Positions 48,401 through 58,389 of a stretch of 64,000 bases of DNA are shown in pieces (within the stretch, counting starts at the first letter, position 1; each line of letters begins with the position of its first letter). The notes under the pieces were generated by a model. It saw nothing but the letters and a program-made list of their open reading frames with translations, was not told the DNA's origin and ran no database searches. The DNA is taken from assembly GCA_044222185.1 (NCBI GenBank), contig JBGANV010000001.1, forward strand, positions 1,536,001 through 1,600,000. The letters run 5' to 3'. Source of the stretch: Planctomycetota bacterium. GTDB taxonomy: Bacteria > Planctomycetota > GCA-002687715 > CAIWVZ01. Made by a program: the position numbers and the translations under genes.

Positions 48401-50439
48401 CGACCGTGAGCCCGTCCTCGATCCTGTCGGGGGCCAGCGCCTTCACGCTCACCGTCAACGGGACTGGATTCGTGAACGGGTCCGTCGTGAGGTGGAACGG
48501 AGTGGGCCTCGCCACGACGTTCGTCTCGGCGACCCAGCTCACGGCATCCGTTCCCGCGGCGAACGTCGCGACCGCGGGCACCGCCTCCGTCACGGCCTTC
48601 AACGCTGCACCCGGCGGAGGTACTTCGGGCCCGGTCGTCGTGACGATCAACAACCCCGTCCCGATCGTCGCGTCGCTCTCGCCCGCGTCGGCGACTGCCG
48701 GCGGCGCCGCGTTCACGCTCACCGTCAACGGGTCGTCGTTCCGGACGGGCGCCATCGTCCGATGGAACGGCGCGAACCGCGCGACGACCTTCGTCAGCGC
48801 GACGCAGCTGACGGCGTCGATCACCGCGGCGGACATCGCAACGGCCGGTTCGGCGTCGGTGACCGTGGTCAACGCGGCGCCGGGCGGTGGGACATCGGGA
48901 TCGCTGGCCTTCGCCGTGAACAACCCGTTGCCTGCACTCGCGGCGATCAGTCCCGCGTCCGCCACGTCGCTCGGCGCGGCGTTCACGCTGACTGCCACCG
49001 GGAGCAACTTTCGGAGCAACTCGATCGTGCGGTGGAATGGCGTCGACCTGGCGACGACCTTCGTGTCGGCAACGCAGCTCACGGCTGCCGTTCCCGCTGC
49101 GAACCTGACCGTCAACGGAACCGTGCCGGTCACCGTCTTCACACCGGCGCCAGGGGGCGGCACCACCGCCCCGCGGACGTTCACGATCAACGACCCGGTG
49201 CCGGCGATCTCCGCCATCAGCCCCACGAGCCGAACGGCTGGCGGCGCCGCGTTCACCCTGACCGTCACGGGTTCGAACTTCCGTTCGACGTCGTCGGTGC
49301 AGTGGAACGGAAGCGGCCGCACAACCACGTTCGTGAGCCCCACCCAGCTGACGGCCGCGATCCCGGCGTCGGACATCGCCACCGGCGGTTCCGCCTCCGT
49401 CACGGTCTCGAACCCGGTCCCCGGGGGTGGCACGTCGGGCGCGGCCACGCTCACGGTGAACAATCCGACCCCGGTGCTGGCCTCGGTGACCCCCGCGACG
49501 ATCTTGGCCGGGGCGCCCTCCGCGACGCTCACGTTGAACGGCTCCAACTTCAACGCGCAGTCGCAGGTCCGATGGAACGGGTCGGCGGCCGGCATCACGA
49601 CGCTCGTGGCGTCGGCGACGCAGCTGACGGCGACGATCCCCGGTTCACTCTTGAATGCCGTCGGTGCTGCGAGTGTGACGGTGTTCAACCCGGTGCCGAG
49701 TGGCGGCACGTCCGTCGCGCGCACCGTCACGACCGTGGGGCCGCGGCTGTTGGCGTTCTCCCCCACGTTCATCGCCGGACCGGTGACGGCAGGGAGCCCG
49801 CCGACGACCGTGACCTTCAGTCCCGTCGACGGCATCAGCGCCGCAGCGACGACGTTCTTCGTGAACGGTCATGCCGTGGCGGCCAACATGGTGGCAGCGC
49901 CGGTGGTCGTGACCATCACGATCCCGTCGACGATCGCCGAGATGCAGCGCCCCGGTGGGGTCACCATCACGGCGAGGAACTTCGGCACCTTCACGTCGAA
50001 TGCCGTCGCACTCGAGATCGGCGACCACAACAACCGCGGAACGATCGAGCAGAACCCGGTGGCGCCGGCGCCGGGTCAGAACTTCACGCTCATGGTGGAG
50101 GACTGTCTCCCGAACGTGCCGTTCATGTTGTTCGCGGATCCGGCGAACATCACGCCGCTCGTCGGGTTTCCTGACCCCGTGACCGACCTGGTCCTGGGCG
50201 TCAACCTGCTTCCGCAGACGACGATCCTCGACGGCATCGGGGTCTTCATGCCGGCGCAGGCGTTCGCGGTCTTCTCGCCTGATCCAGTGCTGCCGGGACG
50301 GGGGCGGTTCGCGCTGCCGGGCCTCGTTCAGCCCAATCCGCCGCTGAACGCCACGATCACCCTCCAGGTGATCTATCCGGATCCGTCGCTGCCCGCGGGG
50401 TTCCGCCTCACGCACGCGCGCGGGGGCTTCGACATGTGA
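45481..50439 (+). CDS. Large secreted modular trypsin-like (S1) serine protease with tandem repeats and IPT/TIG domains
   Basis: AAAGGAG RBS and signal peptide. Triad VSAGHC / ADWSVF / GDSGGP. Three ~200-aa repeats, five IPT/TIG-like repeats, C-terminal beta domain. Confidence 0.9.
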   Translation: MNRVIVMSLATLVVASFSPGQAAPLPETLVSYPLWTGTLQNVVDEPIAAYSTTIFVPGASALQVHLDEVTLATDEDAVVFRSPITGEVQRMTRGVLKQWKNSSAWFRGAAVEMTVTLAPTSVAEVSVASVSILPGITVDGTSGVCGAEDRVASSSNAICRLRGNGFLCSGSLADNGTYCVSAGHCVSDSGGPSFPGTLVLAEFNVPSSTSSGTLVPAAVADQYPVDVGSIDFENGGTGADWSVFRLHPNSSGETAFARQGAAFGLASALPFPLATVRMRGFGQHDTVPTLNRAPHTAAGTFVGVVFDLISHLVDLDHGDSGGPLTDANGDLIGVNTHAGCNPVGSNVATSIFRPAFTAARNAARACGTTTLTNSSSATQLSCEPRIISITPSTTAWNIVAVSDANDDYDIQIDNTISSQNGSACDFLVSDGNATPTPDPVNAFVFGIGSVGFGDVQFRTASTMNVGSLATIAWGSNQLVEIREFLVTTTDTYDITVAGASGFNWRVYRPNGSSAWRTRSNANVSGAVNGGTLNGVSLTPGVHALVIFKDGNPGAANPSTFTAMVAHSTPSVALTTTTTTVTADGQPFTVSPIAGNWTAVSASSPSDWNIAIGTAFDTQGGTISAFVLADGHAGTITPTEGVLDHVSGSDPAEAQVATGTTISVNDTFATSLSAGSVIRIYQFNVTVAGNYDVGVTGGDGSTGLNWRVYAPDGSSDWRGRSTFITGGDVGGTIATGLSLSTGWHALVVFRDGGSVATATSYQVHVYAASAVDDLTLGENNLVTAQNQLFTVLTGLGQWNAVGVTSTGTTECDAYIGTASSTASGGGNTDFVLSNGHLGATPGFVGIVTRDTGTDAYDVERAAVATMAIGTTLNSTFASNGVIRLFEFPVTATGSFDVTTTGLSTLGWSIFAPGSSAAWIRRADDVTSGIIGGGAGILTTTQTGTHVLAVYRTGATGSTAAFSVTITPRNPVPTVSTVSPSSILSGASAFTLTVNGTGFVNGSVVRWNGVGLATTFVSATQLTASVPAANVATAGTASVTAFNAAPGGGTSGPVVVTINNPVPIVASLSPASATAGGAAFTLTVNGSSFRTGAIVRWNGANRATTFVSATQLTASITAADIATAGSASVTVVNAAPGGGTSGSLAFAVNNPLPALAAISPASATSLGAAFTLTATGSNFRSNSIVRWNGVDLATTFVSATQLTAAVPAANLTVNGTVPVTVFTPAPGGGTTAPRTFTINDPVPAISAISPTSRTAGGAAFTLTVTGSNFRSTSSVQWNGSGRTTTFVSPTQLTAAIPASDIATGGSASVTVSNPVPGGGTSGAATLTVNNPTPVLASVTPATILAGAPSATLTLNGSNFNAQSQVRWNGSAAGITTLVASATQLTATIPGSLLNAVGAASVTVFNPVPSGGTSVARTVTTVGPRLLAFSPTFIAGPVTAGSPPTTVTFSPVDGISAAATTFFVNGHAVAANMVAAPVVVTITIPSTIAEMQRPGGVTITARNFGTFTSNAVALEIGDHNNRGTIEQNPVAPAPGQNFTLMVEDCLPNVPFMLFADPANITPLVGFPDPVTDLVLGVNLLPQTTILDGIGVFMPAQAFAVFSPDPVLPGRGRFALPGLVQPNPPLNATITLQVIYPDPSLPAGFRLTHARGGFDM
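46576..48381 (+). repeat. Three tandem ~200-aa (~600 bp) protein modules
   Basis: Recurring WxxV...F(L/V)(V/L)x(D/N)G...(E/Q)FxVTxxxx(Y/F)D(I/V)...Wx(V/I)(Y/F)xP..S..W..R...GxHxL pattern. Confidence 0.8.
48382..49737 (+). repeat. Five tandem ~90-aa IPT/TIG-like repeats
   Basis: Each follows (N/D)PxP...(S/T)P...TLTxxGxxF...VxWNG...TxxxSxTQLTA...PxGGT. Confidence 0.9.
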
Positions 50440-50566
50440 TGGCTGGGCCGCACCCCGCGGCAGGGTCGCCCGTCGGGCACCGGCCGCGGGCCTCCGCGGT
50501 CTCGAGGGCCGCCGGGCGCCAATCCGCGTGACGCCGGGCGGGACGCCTGACGCGCTGCCGGGTCGA

Positions 50567-51208
50567 TCAGCCGTCGAAGCCTGAGACGAGCCAGCGGAGC
50601 TTTTCGATCGAGGACTCGGGGCCGACGACCGGCAGGTTGTCGGCGAACCGCTCCGCGTCGATGAACTCCGTTGCGCCGTTCAAATACAGAACCATGATGC
50701 CCTTCCCGGCGTGAGGCAGGTTCTTGCGGCGTTCGTCCTCGCTCGTCATCTGCTGCGGATCCGGGCACTTGTTGCTGATGATCACGACTTCGGATGCGCC
50801 GGCCATGTGGGAGGTGAGGGCGTTGCGTCCGGCGCGCTGCGAGTGCTGGTCCGGGCCAGTGAAGTCGATTCCCTCGGGCGTGACGTTCGACAGGTCCTCC
50901 GTCGGCTGGCGTGCCGTCGAGGGGCAGAAGAACGTCTGAGCGTTTCGCACGCTCTTGTCCATGGGGTTGCCCCAGATCGAGAGGACGAACGCGCCGCCGC
51001 TCGCCGTCGGCATCGCCTTCCGATCCATCTCGTAGATCATGAGGTGCTTGTAGATGTCCTTCAGCTGCGATTCGCAGGCCAGCTTGTTCTTCTGGCGCAG
51101 GTAGGCCGGGACGCCGACGATCGCGAGGGAAGCGAGCGTCGCAATGATCGTCATGACGATCAGGAGTTCGATGAGCGTGAAACCGCGACGCGACGCGTGT
51201 TGAGCCAT
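50567..51208 (-). CDS. Prepilin-type N-terminal methylation protein with H-X9-DG-like C-terminal motif
   Basis: RRG|FTLIELLIVMTIIATLASL, CESQLKDI, FFCPS, PHAGKGIMVLYLNG. Confidence 0.88.
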   Translation of the reverse strand: MAQHASRRGFTLIELLIVMTIIATLASLAIVGVPAYLRQKNKLACESQLKDIYKHLMIYEMDRKAMPTASGGAFVLSIWGNPMDKSVRNAQTFFCPSTARQPTEDLSNVTPEGIDFTGPDQHSQRAGRNALTSHMAGASEVVIISNKCPDPQQMTSEDERRKNLPHAGKGIMVLYLNGATEFIDAERFADNLPVVGPESSIEKLRWLVSGFDG

Positions 51209-51335
51209 GGGACCTCGGCGAGAAACAGGGCTTCGTGAAGGCAGGCCATCATAGGGCAGGACGCGACAGCCGGCAAATGGTAACGGCCCGCACGGGCGGG
51301 CCGTCAACGAGAACACCCTGCGACGTCGCCGCGGA

Positions 51336-52526
51336 TCAGCGCACAGGCTGCGGCGCCGCCTTGAGGTCGGCGCCAGCGGCTTTCGCCAGGGCCTCGGCCC
51401 TGTCGGTCTTCTCCCAGGTGAAGTTCGGAAGGGCCCGGCCGAAGTGGCCGCCGGACGCCGTCAACCGGTAGATGGGCCGGAGAAGGTTCAACGACTCGAT
51501 GATCCCCTTCGGGCGTAGGTTGAAGTGCTCGCGCACGAGGGCTTCGATCCGCGCCTCGGGGATCCGGTTCGTGCCGTTGGTCATGACGCGGATCGAAAGC
51601 GGGTCCGCGACGCCGATGGCATAGGAAAGCTGGATCTCGCAGCGCCGGGCGAGGCCGGCCTTTACCACGTTCTTCGCGACCCAGCGCGCGGCGTAGGCGG
51701 CGGACCGGTCGACCTTGCTCGGGTCCTTACCCGAGAACGCGCCGCCGCCATGGCGCCCCATGCCGCCGTAGGTGTCGACGATGATCTTGCGGCCAGTGAG
51801 CCCGCAGTCCCCGTGGGGCCCGCCGATCACGAACCGTCCGGTCGGGTTCACGTAGTACTTGGTCTTCGCGTCGAGCAGGTTCTGGGGCAGCGTGCGCTTG
51901 ACCAGGTCCTCCACGACGTAGTTCTTGATCGTCGCAGCCTGCGTCTCCGGCGCGTGCTGTGTCGAGACCAGCACCGTGTCGATGCGCACCGGGCGGTCGT
52001 TCTCGTATTCGACCGTGACCTGCGACTTGGCATCAGGACGCAGCCAATCGATCTTCTTCGACTTGCGGTCGTCCGCCAGCTGGTTGACCAGGCGGTGCGA
52101 AAGCATGATCGGCATGGGCATCAGCTCATCCGTCTCGTCGCAGGCATAGCCGAACATGATGCCCTGGTCGCCGGCACCCTGCTCCTTGTTCGACGCCTCG
52201 TCCACGCCCTGGGCGATGTCCGGTGACTGCTTGTCGAGTGCCACCATGATGTGGCAGGAGTTGCCGTCGATGCCGTGAACGGCGTCGGTGTAGCCCACGT
52301 CGCAGATCGTGTCGCGAACGGTCTTGATGACGTCGATGTTCGCCTTCGACGTGATCTCGCCGGCGACGACGCAGAGGTTCGTCGTCACGAGCGTCTCGCA
52401 AGCGACGCGGCTCTTCGGGTCCTGGCTCAGCATCGCGTCGAGGACCGCATCCGAGATCTGGTCCGCAAGCTTGTCCGGATGCCCCATGGACACGGACTCG
52501 GAAGTGAAGAGGACGCGCTCAGCCAT
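51336..52526 (-). CDS. metK: S-adenosylmethionine synthetase
   Basis: [43 protein letters not shown]. Confidence 0.98.
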   Translation of the reverse strand: MAERVLFTSESVSMGHPDKLADQISDAVLDAMLSQDPKSRVACETLVTTNLCVVAGEITSKANIDVIKTVRDTICDVGYTDAVHGIDGNSCHIMVALDKQSPDIAQGVDEASNKEQGAGDQGIMFGYACDETDELMPMPIMLSHRLVNQLADDRKSKKIDWLRPDAKSQVTVEYENDRPVRIDTVLVSTQHAPETQAATIKNYVVEDLVKRTLPQNLLDAKTKYYVNPTGRFVIGGPHGDCGLTGRKIIVDTYGGMGRHGGGAFSGKDPSKVDRSAAYAARWVAKNVVKAGLARRCEIQLSYAIGVADPLSIRVMTNGTNRIPEARIEALVREHFNLRPKGIIESLNLLRPIYRLTASGGHFGRALPNFTWEKTDRAEALAKAAGADLKAAPQPVR

Positions 52527-52550
52527 GATGCAGGATCTCCAAAGACGACT

Positions 52551-53822
52551 TCAGTGTGTCAGTGATGCAACGACGCGTTCGGCGGTTCGCGCCGCCGCGC
52601 CGCGGTGATTCTCGAGAACGGATCGGATCGTCGACGCCCGCGCACGAACACGAACGGGGTCCATGAACAGGTCGCGCACACAGGCAGCCAACTGGTCCGG
52701 ATCGTCGACGACGTGCAGCACTCCCGCTTCGGCAAAGAGCGCGGCGACGTCGTTCACGGTCCAATGATGCGGGCCGATGGCCATGGGAATACCAAAAACC
52801 GCCGGCTCCAGCAGGTTGTGTCCCCCGATCGGAACGAGCGACCCGCCCACGAACGCCACGTCAGCGACGGCGTAGAGCCGTGCAAGTTCTCCAACTGTAT
52901 CGACGACCACGCACTCGGCGCCGAAGGGACGCCTGAGCGCGCTCCATCGCATGGCGGCGATCCCGGCCGATTCCAGAAGAAGAAGGATCGCGCCGGTTCT
53001 CTCCACATGGCGCGGCGCAAGCACCAGGCGGGCCCCCGGCACGTCTTTGCGGAGTCCACGAAATGCCGTGATTACGGCCTCGTCCTCGCCCGGATGGGTG
53101 CTGCCGGCGACGAGAACACGCGACTCGGGATCCCACCCGAAGGCGGCCAGGAGGCGCGTTCTTTCGGCCGCTGGGTCCTGCCAGATCACGTTGTCGAGCT
53201 TGAGATTCCCAGCGAGAACGAGTCGGTCCGCGCCGACCCCCAGACTTTCGAGTCGCCTCATGTGCTCGGCCGACTGGGCAAAAAAGACGCGAATCGGCGA
53301 CAGAAACCCGGGCCATAGACGCGCCAGCAGCCGGTATCGCCCCCGACTCCGCTGGGAGATTCGCGCGTTGACGACGAGTACCGGGACACGGCGGCGACGT
53401 GCCTGCCGCAAGAGGTTCGGCCACAGTTCGAGCTCTGCCAGCAGGAGTGCCGCGGGGCGGATCCGGTCGAAGAAGCGGCGGACGGCGAACGAAAAGTCCA
53501 ACGGACTCTCGCGCACGTCGAGGTCCGGGTACGTCTTCTTCGCAACCTCGAAACCGGCCACGGTCGTCACGGTCAGCACCAACCGGGCGTCCGGACGGCG
53601 CTGGCGCAACTCTGCGACGAGCGCGCGCAACGCCAGAGTCTCGCCCACCGAGACGGCGTGAAGCCAGAGAACGGGCCCCCCACCGTCACGAATCGCATCG
53701 ATGGCGCCCAGCCTCCGCCGAAGCGGCAGCAAGCGCTTCTTCTTCAACCGGCGCGAGACGAAGTAGAACGGCCCGGCGACGAGGAGCACCAGCGCGTACG
53801 CCAGATCGACGACCAGTCCCAT
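52551..53822 (-). CDS. waaA: 3-deoxy-D-manno-octulosonic acid transferase
   Basis: WLHAVSVGE, ELELWPN, NARIS, GNLKLD, AGSTH, APRH, FVGGSL...GGHNLLEPA. Start at ATG 53822. Confidence 0.95.
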   Translation of the reverse strand: MGLVVDLAYALVLLVAGPFYFVSRRLKKKRLLPLRRRLGAIDAIRDGGGPVLWLHAVSVGETLALRALVAELRQRRPDARLVLTVTTVAGFEVAKKTYPDLDVRESPLDFSFAVRRFFDRIRPAALLLAELELWPNLLRQARRRRVPVLVVNARISQRSRGRYRLLARLWPGFLSPIRVFFAQSAEHMRRLESLGVGADRLVLAGNLKLDNVIWQDPAAERTRLLAAFGWDPESRVLVAGSTHPGEDEAVITAFRGLRKDVPGARLVLAPRHVERTGAILLLLESAGIAAMRWSALRRPFGAECVVVDTVGELARLYAVADVAFVGGSLVPIGGHNLLEPAVFGIPMAIGPHHWTVNDVAALFAEAGVLHVVDDPDQLAACVRDLFMDPVRVRARASTIRSVLENHRGAAARTAERVVASLTH

Positions 53823-53842
53823 GGGGTTGCCGGGTCGTGCGA

Positions 53843-56599
53843 TCAGCCGTCGCCGTCGACTCCGGCCCGGACGCCGTGGCAGCGCTTGTACTTCTGCCCC
53901 GAGCCACAGGGGCACGGATCGTTCCGGCCCACCTTCGGAAGCTGCCGCTTGAACGGCTTCGCAGGTTCGGGCGATTGGTTCTGGCCGGCAGCCTGATCCA
54001 TGGCGTCACGCGTGTCACCCATTCCAGGCGCGGCCTCCTTGATCTCGCGGCCACCGCTCCAGACGTCGCGGCGCGGCAGACCCGGATCCTCCTTCTCCGC
54101 CACTTCGATGCGGAGGATGTAGTCCGTCACCTGCTCCTGGATGGTGCGCAGCATCTCTTCGAAGATCTGGTATCCCTCGCGCTTGTAGGCGACCTTCGGA
54201 TCCTCGCTCGCGTAACCCCGAAGGCCGATGCCGGACTTCAACGCGTCCATGTTGTGGAGGTGGTCCTTCCACTTCGAGTCGAACGCATCGAGGAGGATGA
54301 ACCTCTCGATCCGGCGGAAGAGGTCCGCGCCGACCTCGGCTTCACGCTCGTCGTAGCGCTTCCGGACGATCGCCATCACCGCGTCGCCGACCTTCTCCGG
54401 ATCGCCGGGAACGTCGGCCATTTCGACACCGACCTTGCGCTTGACCCAGTCCTGGATCGGCTTGGCGGTCTCCGTGGTGAAGCGTCCCTTGGCCTCGTCG
54501 CCCAGCTCCTGCTTGATGACGAGTTCGATGACCTCCGAGAACATCCGCTCGACGAGCTCGCGGAGTCCCTCGTTGCGCAGGATCTGCTGCCGGTAGTCGT
54601 AGATGAGCGTGCGCTGCTCGTTCATCACCTCGTCGTACTCGAGCAGGCGCTTGCGGGTTTCGAAGTTGCGCTCCTCGACCTTCTTCTGCGCGCGCTCGAC
54701 GGAGCGCGAGACCATGCGGTGCTCGATCGCCTCGCCGTCGCGCAGGCCGAGTTTCTGGAGGAAGTTCTTGATCGTCGGACTGGCGAATCGACGCATCAGG
54801 TCGTCGTCGAGCGAGAGGAAGAACCGGGACGAACCCGGGTCGCCCTGGCGACCGGCGCGGCCTCGCAGCTGGTTGTCGATGCGGCGTGCCTCGTGACGTT
54901 CGGTGCCGAGGACGTGAAGTCCGCCGAGACGGACCACTTCATCGTGTTCGGGACCCGTGTCGGCCTTCGCGTCCGCCAAGGCGCTCTGCCACTCCTCCGG
55001 CGTCGCCGTTTCCGGGTCGAGCTGCCGTTGCCTCAAGAGACTGCGTGCGAGGAACTCGGCGTTGCCTCCCAGCAGGATGTCCGTTCCACGTCCGGCCATG
55101 TTGGTGGCGATGGTGACCGCCCCGCGGCGTCCGGCCTGAGCGACGATCTCCGCCTCGCGCGCATGCTGTTTGGCATTGAGGACGTTGTGGGGAACGCCGC
55201 GGCGCGTCAGGACCTCGGAGAGCTTCTCCGATTTCTCGATGGACGTCGTGCCGACCAGGATCGGGCGGCCCTCCTTGTGCGTCTGGAGAATGTCGTCGAC
55301 GATCGCCGTGAACTTCTCCTTCGGCGTCGCGTAGATCCGGTCTTCGCGATCCTGGCGGACCATCTTCTTCGCCGTCGGGATGGCGACGACGTCCAGGCCG
55401 TACACCTTCAAGAACTCGCCGGCCTCGGTCATGGCCGTACCCGTCATGCCCGCGAGCTTGTCGTAAAGCTTGAAGAAGTTCTGGAAGGTGATGGTGGCGA
55501 GGGTCTGTGTCTCGGCCCGGATCGAAATGCCTTCCTTCGCCTCGACGGCCTGGTGAAGGCCGTCACTCCACCGTCGGCCATGCATCAGTCGACCCGTGAA
55601 CTCGTCGACGATCACGACGCCGCGCTTGCCGTCCTCCTCGGCCGCGACCACGTACTCCTGGTCGAGGTGGTAGAGGTGATGCGCGCGGAGGGCCTGTTCC
55701 ATGAGGTGCGGCCACTCGAGCGTGTCACCGGTGTAGAACGACTCCACGCCGACGAGTCGCTGCGCCTGGATGATGCCCTCCTCCGTCAGGATGCACTGGT
55801 TCTCCTTCTCCTTGACCTCGAAGTGCTCGTCCTTGCGGAGCTGGCGTGCGACGCGATCGGCCTGGAAGTACTTGCGGGTATCACCCTCGGCGACGCCGGA
55901 GATGATCAACGGGGTGCGCGCCTCGTCGATCAGGATGTTGTCGACCTCGTCCAGGATCGCGTAGTGACGTCGCTGGACCTGATCCTCGAGCGAGCCACGC
56001 ATGTTGTCGCGCAGGTAATCGAACCCGAACTCGTTGTTCGTTCCATAGGTGATGTCCGCGCCGTAGGCTTCGCGCCGGGCTGCCGGCTGCATGTCGGCCT
56101 GGATGACGCCGACGGACAGGCCGAGGAACTCGAAGATTCGTCCCATCCAATCGCGGTCGCGGCGAGCGAGGTAGTCGTTCACCGTGATCACGTGCACGCC
56201 CTTGCCAGACAGCGAATTCAGGAACGCGGGCGACGTCGCGACCAGGGTCTTCCCTTCGCCGGTCGCCATCTCCGCGATCTTGCCGCCGTGCAGAACCATG
56301 CCGCCGAGCAGTTGCACGTCGTAATGACGCAGGCCGATGGTGCGCCGCGCCGCCTCGCGAACGAGCGCGAAGGACATCGGGAGGACCTTGTCGAGCGACT
56401 CGCCGCCGCGGACGCGCTCACGCAGCTTGGCCGCGAGCTCGCGCATCTCCGCTGCGGTCTTCCGCTCGGCCTTCGTCGCGGGGTCGCAGAACTCCGCCTC
56501 CAATGCGTTCACGGAATGAACGATGGGCCAGAGGCGCTTCAGTTCCCGCTCGTTGCGGTTCCCGAACACGCCGAACAGCTTCTTCAACAGTGATTGCAT
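53843..56599 (-). CDS. secA: Protein translocase ATPase SecA
   Basis: [52 protein letters not shown] motif [18 protein letters not shown]. Confidence 0.98.
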   Translation of the reverse strand: MQSLLKKLFGVFGNRNERELKRLWPIVHSVNALEAEFCDPATKAERKTAAEMRELAAKLRERVRGGESLDKVLPMSFALVREAARRTIGLRHYDVQLLGGMVLHGGKIAEMATGEGKTLVATSPAFLNSLSGKGVHVITVNDYLARRDRDWMGRIFEFLGLSVGVIQADMQPAARREAYGADITYGTNNEFGFDYLRDNMRGSLEDQVQRRHYAILDEVDNILIDEARTPLIISGVAEGDTRKYFQADRVARQLRKDEHFEVKEKENQCILTEEGIIQAQRLVGVESFYTGDTLEWPHLMEQALRAHHLYHLDQEYVVAAEEDGKRGVVIVDEFTGRLMHGRRWSDGLHQAVEAKEGISIRAETQTLATITFQNFFKLYDKLAGMTGTAMTEAGEFLKVYGLDVVAIPTAKKMVRQDREDRIYATPKEKFTAIVDDILQTHKEGRPILVGTTSIEKSEKLSEVLTRRGVPHNVLNAKQHAREAEIVAQAGRRGAVTIATNMAGRGTDILLGGNAEFLARSLLRQRQLDPETATPEEWQSALADAKADTGPEHDEVVRLGGLHVLGTERHEARRIDNQLRGRAGRQGDPGSSRFFLSLDDDLMRRFASPTIKNFLQKLGLRDGEAIEHRMVSRSVERAQKKVEERNFETRKRLLEYDEVMNEQRTLIYDYRQQILRNEGLRELVERMFSEVIELVIKQELGDEAKGRFTTETAKPIQDWVKRKVGVEMADVPGDPEKVGDAVMAIVRKRYDEREAEVGADLFRRIERFILLDAFDSKWKDHLHNMDALKSGIGLRGYASEDPKVAYKREGYQIFEEMLRTIQEQVTDYILRIEVAEKEDPGLPRRDVWSGGREIKEAAPGMGDTRDAMDQAAGQNQSPEPAKPFKRQLPKVGRNDPCPCGSGQKYKRCHGVRAGVDGDG

Positions 56600-56629
56600 G
56601 GGGCTCGCTTGCCGGTCGAGGGCGCCGGC

Positions 56630-57460
56630 TCAGCCTTTCTTGCGCTTGGCGAGATGCTCGGTGACGAATTTCAGCAGCACGGACGTCTCGAAGGGCTTCA
56701 CGAGATACCCGTCGATCAGACTGAAGTACTGCGGTTGGATGAACGCCGCGGTGGCGAGGATGAACGGAACGGATTTGGCCCGTGGATCCGCGCGCACGGC
56801 GCGCGCCAGGTCCAAGCCTGTCATGCCAGGCATCTCGAGATCCGAGATGATGAGATCGGGCGGATCCGTTCGGATGGGCTCGAGCGCCTCCTCCGCACGT
56901 TTGAACTTCGTGATCCGATACCCGCGTCGCGTCAGGATCGTTTCGACGCCCGTCGCGATGTCCGTGTCGTCGTCGACGAGGAAGATCCGTGCGCCCTCGG
57001 CCGTCGTGACGATCGCCTGCGTCTTCGTCTCCTGTTCGATCTGGCTCACGACCGTGGCGAACGTCGGAATCTCGGCGGCCTGCCACTCGCGCTCGAGCTG
57101 CTCCTTGATCTCGGCGTTCGCCCGCTTGATCTCGAGCCACCCGTCGAAGTCGGCGAAGTGGGATTCGACCGCCAGATCATCGTGTGTGTCGACGGCGAAG
57201 AAGAACTTGTCGCGCACCAGCAGCTCTTGGAACACGAGCTTCATGTAGGGGTAGAAGCGGTTTCCGAGGCGCAGGGTGTACTTGCGCATCTTTCCCAGGC
57301 GCCGCTCGTCAGTGAACCCTTCGAGCGCCTCGTCGATCGTCCGGGCCTGGCGGAAATCGAACTTGGGCCAACGCTTCGATGAGTCACCGCCCCACGCGAC
57401 CCGCAGGTAGACCTCGATGGCCCGGCAGACCATCGCCACATCCGTCTCCTCGAGCCTCAT
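56630..57460 (-). CDS. Response-regulator receiver domain fused C-terminally to an unknown ~150-aa domain
   Basis: IFLVDDD, IISDLEMPGMTG, LATA, YLVKPF; N-domain YTLRLGNRFYPYMKL. Confidence 0.88.
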   Translation of the reverse strand: MRLEETDVAMVCRAIEVYLRVAWGGDSSKRWPKFDFRQARTIDEALEGFTDERRLGKMRKYTLRLGNRFYPYMKLVFQELLVRDKFFFAVDTHDDLAVESHFADFDGWLEIKRANAEIKEQLEREWQAAEIPTFATVVSQIEQETKTQAIVTTAEGARIFLVDDDTDIATGVETILTRRGYRITKFKRAEEALEPIRTDPPDLIISDLEMPGMTGLDLARAVRADPRAKSVPFILATAAFIQPQYFSLIDGYLVKPFETSVLLKFVTEHLAKRKKG

Positions 57461-58389
57461 GAGTGCGTCGGCCGCGGAATCCGCAACGCCCCTCGGTGTT
57501 CTGGAAGCGTCGTGACGGATCCGTCAGCCACCCAATCCTCCAGGCGTTCGACGATGCTAACGGCGGCTCCCGGGTCGACAAAGTTCTGCGTACCGACCTG
57601 GACGGCCGTGGCCCCGGCGACGATGAACTCCATCACGTCGTCGGGACCGGCGATGCCGCCGATCCCGACGATCGGGATCTTCACGGCACGGAACACACGA
57701 TGAACGGCGGCGAGGGCGAGAGGTTTGATCGCGGGTCCGCTCAGGCCGCCCATTCCCGAAGGTGAGCCGAGCCTGGGAAGGCGCCGGCGCCAATCGACGG
57801 CCATCCCAAGGAAGGTGTTCGTCAACGAGAGGGCATCGGCCCCCGCTCGCTCCGCCGCACGCGCGGGGACCGTGACGTCCGTGACGTTCGGCGTCAGCTT
57901 CACGATCAGCGGCTTCTCGACGACCGTGCGGCAGGCGCGGACCAGTTCCTCGAGCGGGCCTTCCTGGATTCCGAAATCGAGTCCGCCGGAAACGTTCGGA
58001 CAGGAGACATTCAACTCGATGGCATCCACGGCGCGCTCGCCGGAAAACGCGCGGCACAGGGCGACGAAGTCGGCGACCGATTCCCCCGCCACGTTCACGA
58101 TCCGGGCGGTGGGGAGCTCGGCGAACCGAGGCAGGACCTCGCGCCGGAATCCATCGACGCCGAGGTTCATGATCCCGATCGAGTTCAGCATGCCGGCGGC
58201 GGTCTCGGCGATGCGCGGCGGAGGGTTGCCCGAGCGCGGCTTCGTCGTGACGCTTTTCGTCACGATCCCGCCAATCCGTGACAGGTCGACGGAATCGACG
58301 ACTTCCAGGCCCGCGCCGAACGTGCCCGACGCGACGAGGACGGGATTGCGCAGACTCAGCGCTCCGAGCTGAACGGCGAGCGCGCTCAA
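57457..58389 (-). CDS. pyrD: Dihydroorotate dehydrogenase family 1B catalytic subunit
   Basis: NPVLVASGTFG, GMLNSIG, ELNVSCPN, KLTPNV, GGLSG, GIGGI. TTG start overlaps the lspA stop. Confidence 0.93.
   Translation of the reverse strand: MSALAVQLGALSLRNPVLVASGTFGAGLEVVDSVDLSRIGGIVTKSVTTKPRSGNPPPRIAETAAGMLNSIGIMNLGVDGFRREVLPRFAELPTARIVNVAGESVADFVALCRAFSGERAVDAIELNVSCPNVSGGLDFGIQEGPLEELVRACRTVVEKPLIVKLTPNVTDVTVPARAAERAGADALSLTNTFLGMAVDWRRRLPRLGSPSGMGGLSGPAIKPLALAAVHRVFRAVKIPIVGIGGIAGPDDVMEFIVAGATAVQVGTQNFVDPGAAVSIVERLEDWVADGSVTTLPEHRGALRIPRPTHS

Noticed and set aside
48382-49737. ~270-bp DNA repeats as a CRISPR or mobile repeat array
   Set aside because: In-frame protein domain repeats with synonymous divergence.
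52527-52550. SAM riboswitch before metK (and FMN riboswitch before ribD)
   Set aside because: The intergenic gaps are only ~24 and ~39 bp; no room.
52551-53822. waaA looks slightly more A/T-rich, suggesting horizontal transfer
   Set aside because: Impression only and not quantified; the gene is core and embedded in an operon, and low expression would explain it.
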